From Spirochaetia bacterium (GTDB lineage: Bacteria; Spirochaetota; Spirochaetia; DSM-2461), in assembly GCA_963668315.1 (NCBI GenBank), contig OY764216.1, forward strand, positions 5,536,001 to 5,600,000: a stretch of 64,000 nt of DNA, in the 5' to 3' direction. Both the position numbers and the translations under genes were made by a program. The notes under the pieces were generated by a model. It ran no database searches. It saw nothing but the letters and a program-made list of their open reading frames with translations, and was not told the DNA's origin. Shown here piece after piece: positions 19,117 through 30,500 of this stretch (position 1 is its first letter; each line of letters starts with the position of its first letter).

Positions 19117-20466
19117 TCAGTTCGACCACCACGAGCCGGCGGCCATGGCGATCTGGCTGCGGAGTTGGGCCAGGTCGGCCTTCACTTCGGTGCGTTCGAC
19201 GATTTCCCAGGGATTCACCTGGACGCCGCCGCAGGCGATGACCCAGCCGCGATTCTTCTGGGCAAAGGTGGCTTTGCTGGCCACGTGGCGGGGCGCCGCC
19301 ATCTGGGCAGTCGCCTGCTCTCGCATGAGCATGGGCAATTCGCATTGGGCCTTGGCCCGGAGATCCTTGCGGACGATCAACGCAGCGGCCACCGCCAGAT
19401 CCATGCAGCCCTGAAGCTGTCCGAAGACGGGTTCCGCTACGGAGAGGTCGCTGTAGCAGGCGGTCATCGTCTCGGCCCACTTGCGGGAGAGCGGATCCGA
19501 CTTGCCCGTGTGGGTGCGTCCGCCGTCAGCCGTGAACACGTCGTTCTCGGTCATCGTTTTGACGCCGGAGTCGGTGATCTGCCAGGCCAAGCCTTCCTGG
19601 TCGCCGAGAATCGTGCCGTAGTTCGGTTCCATCCACCAGCGGGGCATCGTGTTAGCGCCGCGGCTGGAAGAACGCATCATTTCCACGAAACTCGGAAGCT
19701 GGCGGACGGGGGAGGGCGTGAGGCCCATGCCGATCTGCTTCATCCGGTAATCGGCAGCGACCATGACGCCGGCGAAATGGCTGTCGGCCGGGACACCACC
19801 GACGGTGATTTCCTGGGGGCCGAGAGCCGCTTCCAGGGCCGCAGCTGCCTGCCGCGGATCGGACGAGCGGCTCTTCATGCGTTGGACCCGTTCACGTCCC
19901 GCTTCGCTCGGGTCGATGGAGCAGGAGATGACGGAGGGGGAGGGAGAGCTGACGGCCCGAAGGGCGACCAGCAGGTCGTCGAGAAGGAGGACCGGTTTGC
20001 CTGTGGTCTCGCCGACGACCGTTCCGTCAGCGGCAACCTTCCATCCCTCGGCCGGGCCGACGAGGATGATGTCGTTCTGCTCGGGGCAGGCGAAAACGTA
20101 CTGGATCTTCTGCAAACCAGCCAGGCACTGGACCGCGTCCGGGATCGGAGTCCCGGCGGCCGCACATTCGCGGAGAGCGGCGTCGATTCCCTTGAGCGAG
20201 ACTTTTCGGGTCTGGCATTTCCCGGCCAAATCGGCGGGCACCTTGGCGAGAGCGTCGAGAGCGTCTCGCTGAATCTGACCTCGCTCTGCCACCGTGGCAT
20301 TTCGGATCATGCCGTCCAAGTCGAACTTCACGCCCCCAACGGATCGCGAGTTCGAGAAGACTTGGGCCTGAACCGTCGGAGTCAGCACAACGGCCACCGC
20401 CAAAACGAGCACGGCCACAGCCGCTCGGCGCGCGGTACGGGCGAAGGCAGATGTACGCAACAACAT
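19117..20466 (-). CDS. DUF1598 family exported protein
   Basis: Signal peptide, LILVGPAE-like motif, CSIDP, ADYRMKQIGMG, PRWW; RBS AGGAGA. Confidence 0.8.
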   Translation of the reverse strand: MLLRTSAFARTARRAAVAVLVLAVAVVLTPTVQAQVFSNSRSVGGVKFDLDGMIRNATVAERGQIQRDALDALAKVPADLAGKCQTRKVSLKGIDAALRECAAAGTPIPDAVQCLAGLQKIQYVFACPEQNDIILVGPAEGWKVAADGTVVGETTGKPVLLLDDLLVALRAVSSPSPSVISCSIDPSEAGRERVQRMKSRSSDPRQAAAALEAALGPQEITVGGVPADSHFAGVMVAADYRMKQIGMGLTPSPVRQLPSFVEMMRSSSRGANTMPRWWMEPNYGTILGDQEGLAWQITDSGVKTMTENDVFTADGGRTHTGKSDPLSRKWAETMTACYSDLSVAEPVFGQLQGCMDLAVAAALIVRKDLRAKAQCELPMLMREQATAQMAAPRHVASKATFAQKNRGWVIACGGVQVNPWEIVERTEVKADLAQLRSQIAMAAGSWWSN

Positions 20467-20992
20467 AACGCTTCTCCTGACAAGGTCGGAAATCGTGGGG
20501 TCGTTCTGCGTGGGGTATGCCGTCACAGCATGACCCCCAACGGAACCAATTCGCCTTCCGCAACCCGCGGGAATTCAGAGAGCAAGGCCGCGCAAACGAA
20601 TCCGATTGATGAAACAGCGTAAAATACAGAATAATTCGGCTCGCCAAGCATTGCAAGGAAACGGTCGTCAAACCGTCCCCCCTGGCGAACGGTGGCTCTG
20701 GCCTCGTAAGGATTTTACCGAATTTGCACGGGGGGGTGCGTCGGATCGACGCGACTTGGGGTCCGGCTGCTTGCCATAACCCACGATTTCCGGATAAGTT
20801 AGGAATAGAGGGCACGCGTTCGAAGGATGTGTGGGGACCCGGCCAGGGTGGGGTTCCCAGCTGGTTGCTGCCATTTCCGCCGACGACCGCCGAGAGCGAT
20901 CCGGCGGAAATCAGGCGCAGGGTGGACCGCTCAATTGGATTTCGCGATCCTCGGACGTTGTTGTTTACTACCTGGAGAGGTCAATCGATTCC

Positions 20993-23071
20993 GTGGTCAC
21001 TGAACTTGCCTATTTGGTCATTCGAGAAGGCGCGAAGTGGACCGATGTGTTTCGGCTCGTTCCTGGCCACTCGGTCACGGTGGGGCGGGCCCCAACCAAC
21101 CAGATCGTTCTGAAAGACGAACGGTGCAGTCGAGCCCACGCCGAGTTCTTCATGACCAACGGTCGCTGGACGATCCGCGACCTGGACAGCCGCAACGGAA
21201 CGGCGGTAGGCGAGAATCTCCTTAAGGGAGACTGGCTGCTCAAGCCGGGCGACATCATCCGGATCGGTCGCTCCCAACTCGTATTCGTCCACAATTTGAG
21301 CGAGGCCTTCTCCGATTCGAGCACCTCGCTTCGCCAACCCGACGTCTCCCATGAAGAGGGAACGATCGACATCGGGGCGCGAGGTGTGGCGGACGATGAG
21401 AGCGAATACGAGCCCACTACGATCACGCACCGTCGTGGTCAGACGCGTTTTCTGGAGTCGGCTCCGCTGGAAATCGAGGCGGAGCAGGAGCAAGCGACTC
21501 CCATTGACACCATTGGACGCGCGGCCGCCAAGCTCTGCCGCCTCGCCTTTGAACTCGGAAAGGCCCCGTCCATCGAGAACGTGGCCATGCTGGCCCTGGA
21601 CGGGCTTTTTGAGACAACCCAGGTTGATGCAGGTGCCGTTCTCCTCCTGCCTCGCGATTTCCAGGGCGAAGGAACCGCCGCCGATCTTGAAATCGTGGCC
21701 TCCCACACGACCTCCGAACGGCGCTACCATCGTGTGGCGGGGTTCCTGGCCTCCACGGTGATGCGCGAGGGAGAGGCGGTCCTGGCACGAAACGTCCTCG
21801 GCGACAGCGCCCTTGGCAGTCGCGACAGCAAGGGGATCATCCACACGACCAGCGTGATCTGCGCGCCCATTCGCCAGGCGGACCGAATTCTGGGCCTGAT
21901 CCACCTGTACTCGACCAACGAAGCCCTGGCCCCCGAACCGGAAGATCTGGAATTCACGCTCGCGGTGGCCGATACGGTTGCCGTGGCCATCAACAACGTT
22001 TTACGCCGGGAGGAACTGGCGGAGAACCTGACCCAGGTTCGCGATGAGAACGTTCGTCTGCGTGAACAACTCGGCGTGCAGAGCGAGATTGTGGGCAGCA
22101 GTCGCGTCGTTCGCCAGATCACGGAGGAGATTGCCCGGGCCGCCGCCAGCAAGGCGACGCTCCTCATTCGGGGCGAAAGCGGCGTCGGCAAGGAGTTGGT
22201 TGCCCGGGCCGTCCACTACTCAAGCCAACGGAGCAAGAACTCCTTTGTCTGCCTGAACTGTGCGGCCCTTTCCGAAGACCTTCTTGCGAGCGAACTTTTC
22301 GGCCACGAGCGGGGCGCCTTCACGGGCGCCACCGACCGGAAGATCGGCAAGTTCGAGGCGGCGAACCTCGGCACGCTCATGCTTGACGAAATCGGCGAAA
22401 TGAGCCCCAACATCCAGGCCAAGTTCCTGCGAGTCCTGGAAGGGCACCCCTTCGAACGCGTCGGCGGCAGCAAGCCGATCACGGTCGACGTTCGCGTTAT
22501 CGCCGCCACGAACCGTGACCTGGAAAAGGAAGTTGCCGCGGGCCGTTTCCGCCACGACCTGTTCTTCCGCCTCCGCGTTCTGGAAATCATCGTGGCTCCC
22601 CTTCGCCGACGACCGGAAGACATCCTGGAACTGGCCCAGCATTTTCTCGAGAAATTCCGCCTGGAAACGGGGCGCAAGATCGAGGGATTCAGTCCCGGCG
22701 CCATCCAGCAGATCAGCTCCTATCGCTGGCCCGGCAATGTGCGCGAACTGAAGAACGTTGTCGAGCGAGCCGTTGTCCTTTGCAGCAGTTCGCAGATCGA
22801 GCCGGGAGACCTCCTCCTCTCCAACCTGGCGACAACCGGGGACACGACGGAAGTCAAGCCTGCTGAAATCGTCTATCGGCCCTGTTCGCTTTCCGACATG
22901 GAACGTCGGCACATCCTGGAAACACTCTACCACGCCGGCTGGAACAAAAGTCGTTCCGCCACGATTCTCGGCATCGAACGGTCCACGCTGGATCGGAAAA
23001 TCCGCCGCTACGGGCTGGACAAGTACCGCACGGACTCCGGCCCGGACAACTCGGACGTCAACGGAAACTGA
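20993..23071 (+). CDS. FHA-GAF-sigma54 enhancer-binding protein with Fis HTH
   Basis: GRAP...SRAH...SRNGT (FHA); [32 protein letters not shown]-terminal HTH; start uncertain. Confidence 0.92.
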   Translation: MVTELAYLVIREGAKWTDVFRLVPGHSVTVGRAPTNQIVLKDERCSRAHAEFFMTNGRWTIRDLDSRNGTAVGENLLKGDWLLKPGDIIRIGRSQLVFVHNLSEAFSDSSTSLRQPDVSHEEGTIDIGARGVADDESEYEPTTITHRRGQTRFLESAPLEIEAEQEQATPIDTIGRAAAKLCRLAFELGKAPSIENVAMLALDGLFETTQVDAGAVLLLPRDFQGEGTAADLEIVASHTTSERRYHRVAGFLASTVMREGEAVLARNVLGDSALGSRDSKGIIHTTSVICAPIRQADRILGLIHLYSTNEALAPEPEDLEFTLAVADTVAVAINNVLRREELAENLTQVRDENVRLREQLGVQSEIVGSSRVVRQITEEIARAAASKATLLIRGESGVGKELVARAVHYSSQRSKNSFVCLNCAALSEDLLASELFGHERGAFTGATDRKIGKFEAANLGTLMLDEIGEMSPNIQAKFLRVLEGHPFERVGGSKPITVDVRVIAATNRDLEKEVAAGRFRHDLFFRLRVLEIIVAPLRRRPEDILELAQHFLEKFRLETGRKIEGFSPGAIQQISSYRWPGNVRELKNVVERAVVLCSSSQIEPGDLLLSNLATTGDTTEVKPAEIVYRPCSLSDMERRHILETLYHAGWNKSRSATILGIERSTLDRKIRRYGLDKYRTDSGPDNSDVNGN

Positions 23072-23093
23072 TGCTCCCGAGAAGGGAAATGGG

Positions 23094-24512
23094 TCAGCCC
23101 AGGTCGAAGCCGAAATAGCCGGCCGCATTATGGTAGCAGACGTCCTGGACCATGGGGCCGATCAGGTCGAAATCGGCCGGGAGCAGGCCCTGCTCCATCT
23201 CGCGCCCGAGAAGGTTGCAGAGGATGCGGCGGAAGTACTCGTGCCGCGTGTAGGAGAGGAACGAGCGGCTGTCGGTGAGCATGCCCACGAAGAGGCTCAA
23301 GAGCCCCTGGTTCGACAGAACCTCGATCTGGCGTTCCATGCCGTCTTTCTGATCCAGGAACCACCAGCCGCTGCCGAACTGCATCTTGCCGGCCGTGACC
23401 CCGTCCTGGAAGTTGCCGATCATGGTTCCCAACACGTCGTTCATCGTGGGATTGAGATTGTACAGGATCGTCTTGGCCAGTCGATCTTCCCGGTCCAGCC
23501 GGTCGAGGAAGTGGGAAAGGGGTTGCGCCACGAGCCAGTCGCCCATGGAGTCGAAGCCGGCATCGGGACCCAGTTTCTCGAAGAAACGGGTGTTGTTGTT
23601 CCGCATGGCGCCCATGTGGAACTGCTGGGTCCAGCCCTTCTCGTGGTCCATGAGAGCGAACTCGTAGAGCATGGTCATCTTGAACTTCCGCACCTCGTCG
23701 ACCGAGAGGTCGCCTCCGGTGCGGACCTTCTGGAAGATGGCCTGCATCTCCGCTTCGGTTCCGTAGTCGTCAAAGAACGTGTCGAGTCCGTGGTCGGAAA
23801 GCCGGCCGCCCACGGCGTGGAAGTGGTCGTGGCGAGCGCGGATGGCCTCCATGAACGTCGTGTAGTCCTTGATGTCGATGTCGGCCGCCTCGGCAAGCCG
23901 GTCCACCCACGGATTGAAGATCGAGGGGTTGTCCACGGCCATCCCCTTGTCCGGCCGGAAGGTCGGCAGGACGAGGATGTTGAACGACGGGTCGGCGGCG
24001 ATGGCCTGGTGGTGCTCCAGCGTGTCGCAGGGATCGTCCGTCGTGCAGACGGCCACGACGTTCATTTGCTGCATGATCCCGCGGCAGGAGAAGTCTTCCT
24101 GGGCCAGCATCGCGCCGGCCTCGTCCCAGATCCCTTGGGCCGTTTCGGGGCTGAGCAGGCGATCGTTGATTCCGAAGGGACGATTCAGTTCCAGGTGGGT
24201 CCAGTGGTAGAGCGGATTGCGGAGCGTGCGGGGGACGGTTTCCGACCACTTGGCGAATTTTTCCCAATCGGAGGCGTCACCCGTGCAATAGCGTTCGGCC
24301 ACGCCGGCGGCCCGCATAGCCCTCCATTTGTAGTGGTCGCCGTAGAGCCAGATCTGGGCGAGGTTTTCGAAGCGATGATCCGCGGCGACCTGCTCGGGAG
24401 GCAGGTGGCAATGGTAATCGATGATCGGCATGTCCCGAGCGAAATCGTGGTAGAGGCGGACGGCGGAGTCGCTCTGGAGCAGAAAATTCTCGGAGATGAA
24501 GGGAGTTGCCAC
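23094..24512 (-). CDS. uxaC: Glucuronate (uronate) isomerase
   Basis: PIIDYHCH, GDHYKWRAMR, NPLYHWTHLEL, CTTDDP, WWFLDQ, GMLTDSRSFLSY. Confidence 0.97.
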   Translation of the reverse strand: MATPFISENFLLQSDSAVRLYHDFARDMPIIDYHCHLPPEQVAADHRFENLAQIWLYGDHYKWRAMRAAGVAERYCTGDASDWEKFAKWSETVPRTLRNPLYHWTHLELNRPFGINDRLLSPETAQGIWDEAGAMLAQEDFSCRGIMQQMNVVAVCTTDDPCDTLEHHQAIAADPSFNILVLPTFRPDKGMAVDNPSIFNPWVDRLAEAADIDIKDYTTFMEAIRARHDHFHAVGGRLSDHGLDTFFDDYGTEAEMQAIFQKVRTGGDLSVDEVRKFKMTMLYEFALMDHEKGWTQQFHMGAMRNNNTRFFEKLGPDAGFDSMGDWLVAQPLSHFLDRLDREDRLAKTILYNLNPTMNDVLGTMIGNFQDGVTAGKMQFGSGWWFLDQKDGMERQIEVLSNQGLLSLFVGMLTDSRSFLSYTRHEYFRRILCNLLGREMEQGLLPADFDLIGPMVQDVCYHNAAGYFGFDLG

Positions 24513-24677
24513 GGCTCTATTGGTTCCCGTTTGGGTGCAGATGGACGGACATCGCCCTCGCCCTCGAAGGCACAGGCCGTGGGCAGAGGAAGACAATGAA
24601 AGGGATCAGTTTACCAGTCCCGAGCTTTCTTGGCCATGTTCTCGGAGCACGCCCGGACAGGCCATCGGCATGGATAT

Positions 24678-24872
24678 TTTGGCCGAAGGCCTTTCCTCAC
24701 CGTAGCCTGGGGCACCGCCCCAGGAATTGCCACAGTGCGACGTTTGGCCGAAGGCCCTATTCAACCCTCATGAGATGGGAGACGTGAATATGGCCGTTGG
24801 CCAAACGGATGGCTACGCCTGAATTCCTGGGGCGATGCCCCAGGCTACGGTGAACGTAGGCCTTCGGCCAAA
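24678..24872. repeat. 195-bp palindromic REPIN/MITE-like element
   Basis: About 50-bp inverted arms TTTGGCCGAAGGCC..CACCGTAGCCTGGGGCA.CGCCCCAGGAATT and its reverse complement, with inner TTTGGCC/GGCCAAA arms. Confidence 0.8.
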
Positions 24873-24953
24873 CATAACCGTGTTATCACGGAGGATCTTG
24901 CGTCGATTCGCCATCAGCACCCATCCCTATTCGGGCAGGGGGGTGGGGATCGC

Positions 24954-25541
24954 TTAGGGGAGGGCCTGGGGCGTGGGAATCGCCTCGCTGGGAAGCGGCG
25001 CCGGGACAAGAACCGGTACGGGAATGGTCTCGGCCGAGTCCTGAGAAATGGCAGTTCCGCCGTAGCCGGCGTCCGAGGTTTGGTCCGAGGCGTAGAGCGG
25101 CTCGTAGACGTAGCTATTGGAACTGGTCCAGGTCTTGCGGTGACCGGTCGGCTGCTCGATAGGCGCCGGATTCGGATTCAGGTAGGGCAAGACAGGGACG
25201 ACCTTGCCGCCGCTGGGATAGGCGTAGCCCGGGGCGGCTGGGAAGGGCAACTGATAGGGACTCTTGCTCAGTCGTCGTTCGTACCGTCGTTGGCCCCGTG
25301 CACGAAAAGGAACGGGAGGAGCCTGGTAATAGCCCGGGGCGTAGGTGCCGTACCACGTCATCAAGTCGTTCGCCTGCCGCTGTCGATCGATGGCTTGGAG
25401 CCGAGCCTGCTCACTTCGGGCATAGGCATCCCAACCGGCGGCCAGGGGACTGTGAATCTTGGCCTTGGCGATGACTTCCCCCCCGGAGGCGGCCACCGCG
25501 GTCATGGCAAGGACGATCGTAGCAAAGAAGAGCGGTTTCAT
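24954..25541 (-). CDS. Exported Pro/Tyr-rich hypothetical protein
   Basis: Signal peptide MKPLFFATIVLAMTAVAA; low-complexity C-terminus. Confidence 0.6.
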   Translation of the reverse strand: MKPLFFATIVLAMTAVAASGGEVIAKAKIHSPLAAGWDAYARSEQARLQAIDRQRQANDLMTWYGTYAPGYYQAPPVPFRARGQRRYERRLSKSPYQLPFPAAPGYAYPSGGKVVPVLPYLNPNPAPIEQPTGHRKTWTSSNSYVYEPLYASDQTSDAGYGGTAISQDSAETIPVPVLVPAPLPSEAIPTPQALP

Positions 25542-25753
25542 CGGATCGGGCCCTCGACGAATCATTCGAGCAGATATGCGTCAGGCGGCAGCACGCCGGC
25601 CTTGTTGCGAAATCGTCGGCACCGGCGCGTCTTTCCGAGAATTATATGCCTTTCCGTCACAGATTCCCGACGGCGCGAATTCTACCTGACGAGATTCTTT
25701 TCCGAAATCGGTCAGGTCGCTGGCAAGGTAGGAAGACCTGGGGGACAGGGCTG

Positions 25754-26545
25754 CTACGCCACGAGGTCCAGAAGGGTTCCTATGGTGCCGGCTTCCTCCG
25801 AGGCGCCGTATGCGGCTGCCGTGGCGTTTTGAGCCGGGTCCTGTTGGAGCATTTCCGCCCGAGCCTGGGCTTCCATCTGAGCGGCCGCAGCCGCAACCCG
25901 TTGATCCTGGCCGGAAGGCGAGGCCGGGGCACGAGCGGCCGCCTGGATCTGCTGGGCCTTGTCGATGGTGGCTTCGGGATCGCCCGGAATGGGTGAGGTG
26001 TCGATGCTCACCTCGCCCCCGACCGCATATTGGCGTCCGTCCGGCCCTTCCTGGTACTCGTAGGAGGGCCCGCCCTGGGCATAGGGGGCGGCGGCAGCCA
26101 AGTGGGCCTGTTCATGAGCACGCACTTCGCGATCGCGGCTCTGAAGCTCCTCGACTTGCTGTTGCTCTGCCTCGGTCAGTTCGACCCCCGGTTCGTCGGC
26201 GTCCTCCGCCGCGGCCTGCATCTCACCGTAAACCTGGCGATCCGCCTCTCCGGCATCGGCAACCGCAGGCTCCTCAGCGGTGACCGGCGTGGAGCTGTCG
26301 GTTTCCGAAACCACGCCGGGGGGCTGTGCGAGAAACGCATCGCCCGCTTCAGAAAGAGCGAGGGCCTGTTCGGAGAGGTCCAATTCGTCAACCGGCTGGG
26401 CTGCCGCGGCCTGCTGGGCCGCTCCCGCACAATCACAGCCTGTCCCCCCACAAGTAGCGCACGCCGTGGTCGCCGACGCTTGCTGCGTCGCCGCCAAATA
26501 GACGGGCGTGGTCGCAAAGGCTTGCAGGAAGGTGGGTTGGATCAT
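25754..26545 (-). CDS. SprA-related family protein
   Basis: RDREVRAHEQAH, GPDGRQYAVGGEVSID, AARAPASPSGQD. Confidence 0.85.
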   Translation of the reverse strand: MIQPTFLQAFATTPVYLAATQQASATTACATCGGTGCDCAGAAQQAAAAQPVDELDLSEQALALSEAGDAFLAQPPGVVSETDSSTPVTAEEPAVADAGEADRQVYGEMQAAAEDADEPGVELTEAEQQQVEELQSRDREVRAHEQAHLAAAAPYAQGGPSYEYQEGPDGRQYAVGGEVSIDTSPIPGDPEATIDKAQQIQAAARAPASPSGQDQRVAAAAAQMEAQARAEMLQQDPAQNATAAAYGASEEAGTIGTLLDLVA

Positions 26546-26669
26546 TTTTCGGACAACTCGAACAGAAGAACGAGAATTCCTCGCTATCATACGTCGGCAA
26601 AACGACCCGTGCTTCTGCAGAACTGTCAAACTTTTACGGATCTGCGGGTTGGGCGGGAAATTGCCTGAC

Positions 26670-26747
26670 AGGGGGACTGGTCCGATTTTCGGTCAGCAAG
26701 GTGCTTTGGCGAAGAGGCGACGCCCGAAAACTTGGACCCTTTCCCCT
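26670..26747. repeat. Short inverted-repeat (REP-like) element
   Basis: AGGGGGACTGGTCCGATTTTCGG ... CCGAAAACTTGGACCCTTTCCCCT imperfect arms. Confidence 0.6.
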
Positions 26748-26823
26748 TCCTTCACAACTTGGCTGTTCTGCTGCGAAGGATTCTCGCCGACTTCGGACAT
26801 AAGTGGGTAAGCTGTTGGGTGAA

Positions 26824-26848
26824 GGAACCTATCCGCCTTGCTCGCGTT
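26824..26848 (+). promoter_or_regulatory. Putative ECF-sigma promoter
   Basis: GGAAC-N16-CGTT about 30 nt upstream of the ECF gene start. Confidence 0.45.
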
Positions 26849-26879
26849 GGGTCGAGGACAACCGCCTGGGAGATGCGCT

Positions 26880-27470
26880 TTGCCGGACAAGTTTGACAAG
26901 CGATGGCACCGGCGGGCTCTTCGTGGCGATCCGACGGCGATCGAGGCCCTGGCCTGTGCGGCTGTGGGGCCCCTCTATCGCTTCTGCCTCCACCGCCTTG
27001 GCGGGAACTCTCACCTGACCGAGGAAGTCGTTCAAGAGACACTCGTTCGAGCCATCCGCGAACTGGAGAAATATGATCCCGCCCGGGCAAGCGGCAATGT
27101 GTTGAGTTGGCTCACCGGATTGGCGCGGAATCAGATACGCCGAGCCTTGAATCGGGAAGGCGAGGCTGTCAGCTTCCAGGCACTCTGGGACAAGTTGGAT
27201 GAGGATCTTCGCGGAGTGTATGCAAGGATCGAGTCGGAGCCCCTTGCGTGCGAAGTGCTCGACCGCGACGAGACACGCGAGATGGTCAATGCGACCATGG
27301 CCCAATTGCCCGCCAAGTACCGCGAGGCTCTTGAAGCGAAATACGTGGACGGTAAGAGCGTTCGCGACATGGCCGCGGCTCTCCGTATGTCGGAGAAGGC
27401 CGTCGAAAGCCAACTGACCCGGGCGCGAAAGGCCTTCCGAGCGACGTTTGCCGCGTTGGGCGAAGCGTAG
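26880..27470 (+). CDS. ECF RNA polymerase sigma factor
   Basis: Region 2 (EEVVQETL, SWLTGLARN) and region 4 (LPAKYREAL, SEKAVESQLTRARKAF); TTG start after GGGAGA. Confidence 0.9.
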   Translation: MPDKFDKRWHRRALRGDPTAIEALACAAVGPLYRFCLHRLGGNSHLTEEVVQETLVRAIRELEKYDPARASGNVLSWLTGLARNQIRRALNREGEAVSFQALWDKLDEDLRGVYARIESEPLACEVLDRDETREMVNATMAQLPAKYREALEAKYVDGKSVRDMAAALRMSEKAVESQLTRARKAFRATFAALGEA

Positions 27471-27503
27471 GAATTCGGACGCGGCTGCTGACGTGACCAA
27501 TAA

Positions 27504-27556
27504 CAGGCTGAAGCCTGGACTCCAACAAGTAAGCAGGCTGAAGCCTGGACTCCAAC
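27504..27556. repeat. Two direct copies of 23-bp REP-like CAGGCTGAAGCCTGGACTCCAAC
   Basis: Copies at 27504 and 27534 (period 30); internal hairpin CAGGCT-GA-AGCCTG; related GGACTCCAAC arms at 44951-45003. Confidence 0.85.
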
Positions 27557-27571
27557 GAGGAGTATATCACC

Positions 27572-30500
27572 ATGTCGGAACACGGCGATCGCAAGAGTGT
27601 TGGGGAAACCAACGTCCAGCGGCTCCTGTCCGAGGCCTACCGCCCGGAGCAACCGGACTCGGCCTTTGCCGAACGGGTCACTCGTGCCATGCTGGCTGAG
27701 GCCGAGCGGCGTCAGAACACAACCACTGCCCCGCGAACACGGCTGGTCTGGCATGGGGCGGTGTGGGTGACGGCCGCAGTGCTGCTGATCGCCTTGGGCG
27801 CCGGGCTCGGGCATTACTTTTCTCGCCCTGAATTGCCTGGGGGCGACTCGCCCATTCGATTTGCCGAAGGAGGCACCGATGCGGCTCCGTCGCCGCACCT
27901 CGCTGCAAGTTGGCCGGTGGCGACTGCCCTGTCGCCGCGACCGCGTGCGGAAGCCCCGCCAACTCCCAAACTGGCCGTGGGCGATTCGGCTCGCACCGGC
28001 CCGACGGAACGGCGGAGGGTCGAACTCCCCGACGGTTCGGTTCTCTATCTCAATCGGGACACGAGCCTCACGCTAACTTCCTCACGCCACATTCAACTTG
28101 ACCAAGGCGAGATCTATCTGGAGGTAGCATCGCGGCACGAGGCCGACACGGAAGACGAGGCCAATCGCTTTGTGGTGATGACGGCGGACCGCGAGGTCGT
28201 GTCGCTGGGTACGAAATTCAACGTGCGAGCGGAAGGCCGCGGCACCTCGGTGGCCGTCACTCAGGGCAAGGTGCAAGTGAGCGGCGTCGACGGGCCGCTC
28301 CAGGCCGGCCAGCAGGTTCTGGAAACCGGCGCGGAGCCCGTCCCGATCGGCCAGGCCTTTCACCTGATCGACTGGACCCGCGATCTGGTCGCCGCTTCGC
28401 AGTCGCCCCTGGTCCCGGCCAGCAACTACGCCGGCGGCGCGTTGGTGGCCCGGCGGCCGGGAGGCGACGAGGCGAGCCTGAGCATGCGGCGCTACAAGGT
28501 CGACGTTCACATCGAAGACGGGTTTGCGAGAACCACGATCGATCAGACCTACTTCAACCATGAGTCGTGGCGGCTGGAGGGCACGTTCTTCTTTCCCCTG
28601 CCGCCCGATGCTTCTCTTTCGCGACTGGCCATGTACGTGGGTGGAAAGCTCATGGAAGGCGGCATGGCCGAACGGGAACACGCCCGGAAGACCTTCGAGT
28701 CGATTGTTCGCAAGCAGAAGGACCCGGCCCTGCTGGAGTGGATCGACGGCAGCACCTTCCGCATGCGGGTCTTCCCACTCGAACCGCGGCAGGAGAAGCG
28801 GATTGTTCTGAGCTACACCCAGCGGCTCGAGCGGCTCGGCGATCGCGTCGAGTACCGCTTTCCCGGCGGGCACAGCATGGCGAAGGTGGGCCAATGGTCG
28901 TGCCACGTCCGTGCCAAGGACCGCGAGGGCTGCCGCTGGGAGGCCGATTCGTACGACTTCCATGCCGGCCGCGAAGAGCAGGACCTTTTGCTCGATGCCA
29001 CGGCGGAAGACGTCAGCCCCGACCGAAACGTGGTCCTCCGATTCTGGGACCGAACCTCCGAGAACAAGCGGGCGGATGCCGGGCCGCAATTCGTCTCGGC
29101 CGAGCACGAGGGCCAGCGCTATCTTGCCTTGCGGTATCCCTTCCAGCCAGGCGGTGGCCGGAAGATGCGGCGCGATTGGGTGTTTTTGTATGAAACCTCG
29201 GCCGATCGCGACCCGGTGCTGGCCCGGGTCCAGGTCGACGTGATCAAAACCCTGCTCGAAAACGCCGAACGGGACGACACATTCACGATCCTAGCGGCCA
29301 GCAGCCGAATTCGCGCGATGTCCGAGGTCCCGCTTCCCGTTCGGCCCAAGAACGTGCGGCGGGCCATCGAATTTCTGGAGAAGTCTCAACTGGTCGGGGC
29401 CCTCGATCTCGAAAAGGCCTTCGGCGCCGCCGCGGCCGCGGCCCGGGATGTTGAGAATCCGTGTGTCGTTCACCTGGGCAGCGGCTACCCGCGACTGGGC
29501 GAAGAAGACCAGGTGGCGCTCGCTCGCCTGCTTCCGGAGAAGAGCACCTATGTGGGCGTGGCCGTGGGCAACCGCTGGAATCGCGCCCTGATGAAGCGTC
29601 TGGCCGGCGATTCGGGAGGATATCTGACGCAGATCAACCCGAACGAACCGGTCGCATGGCGGGCGATCGAACTGGCCTCGCGGTTGAACGCCCCGCGGCT
29701 GACGAACGTGCGAGTTGTCGACAACCGAGAGAAACTGCACTTTCTCAACATGAGCGACGTTGTGTGTGAGGGGGAAGAACTGCTGGCCGTCGCCCGCATG
29801 GATGCCGGTGCAAAGCTGCCCAAGTGGGTGGACGTGACAGGCCGGATGGACGGCGAACCCTACACGGAGCGAGTGCCTGTCGGCCAGGTTTCCGAAGGTG
29901 CGGAGTACCTGCCTCGCACCTGGTCGAAGCTCGAAATCGACCGGCTCGTGGCTGAAGACGCCCTCGCCCACCACGACGAGATCGTCAACCTGAGCATGGC
30001 CATGTACGTCATGTCGCCCTTCACGTCGCTGCTGGTGCTGGAGAACGACGCCATGTACGAGCAGTATCACGTGGATCGCGGTCGGAAGGACCATTGGGCC
30101 CTCTATCCATGCCCCGAGACGATCGAGGTCGTTCACGAGCCGCTTCCTTCTTCACCGCCTGCACCGCCCAAACCGGCTGTTGCCGGGCCGAGCGTGGAAG
30201 AGGTGCTGGCAACCATTCTGCTGCGTCATGGGAGATCCTGGTTGGACGTCGCGTCGATTGGTGGGGAGGGAGAACGGGGGAAGATCAACGCGAATACAGT
30301 CACGTGGGATATCCCGAACGCGTGGGAGTGGGGTTTCTGGGATGTCGATCATGACGGAGATGTGACGGTGGGGTTGAGCGGGCCGGGGATGTTCAGTGCG
30401 GACTTGGACATTCCCTTTACCGGCTACGAATGGCAGGATGTCCCGCAAGGCATCACGCTCCCGGGAACGGCGGATTCTGACGGTCTCTTTTCGGTGTTCG

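Noticed and set aside
27504..27556. Mini-CRISPR
   Set aside because: Two 23-bp repeats separated by only 7 bp; matches a REP-like family seen again at 44951
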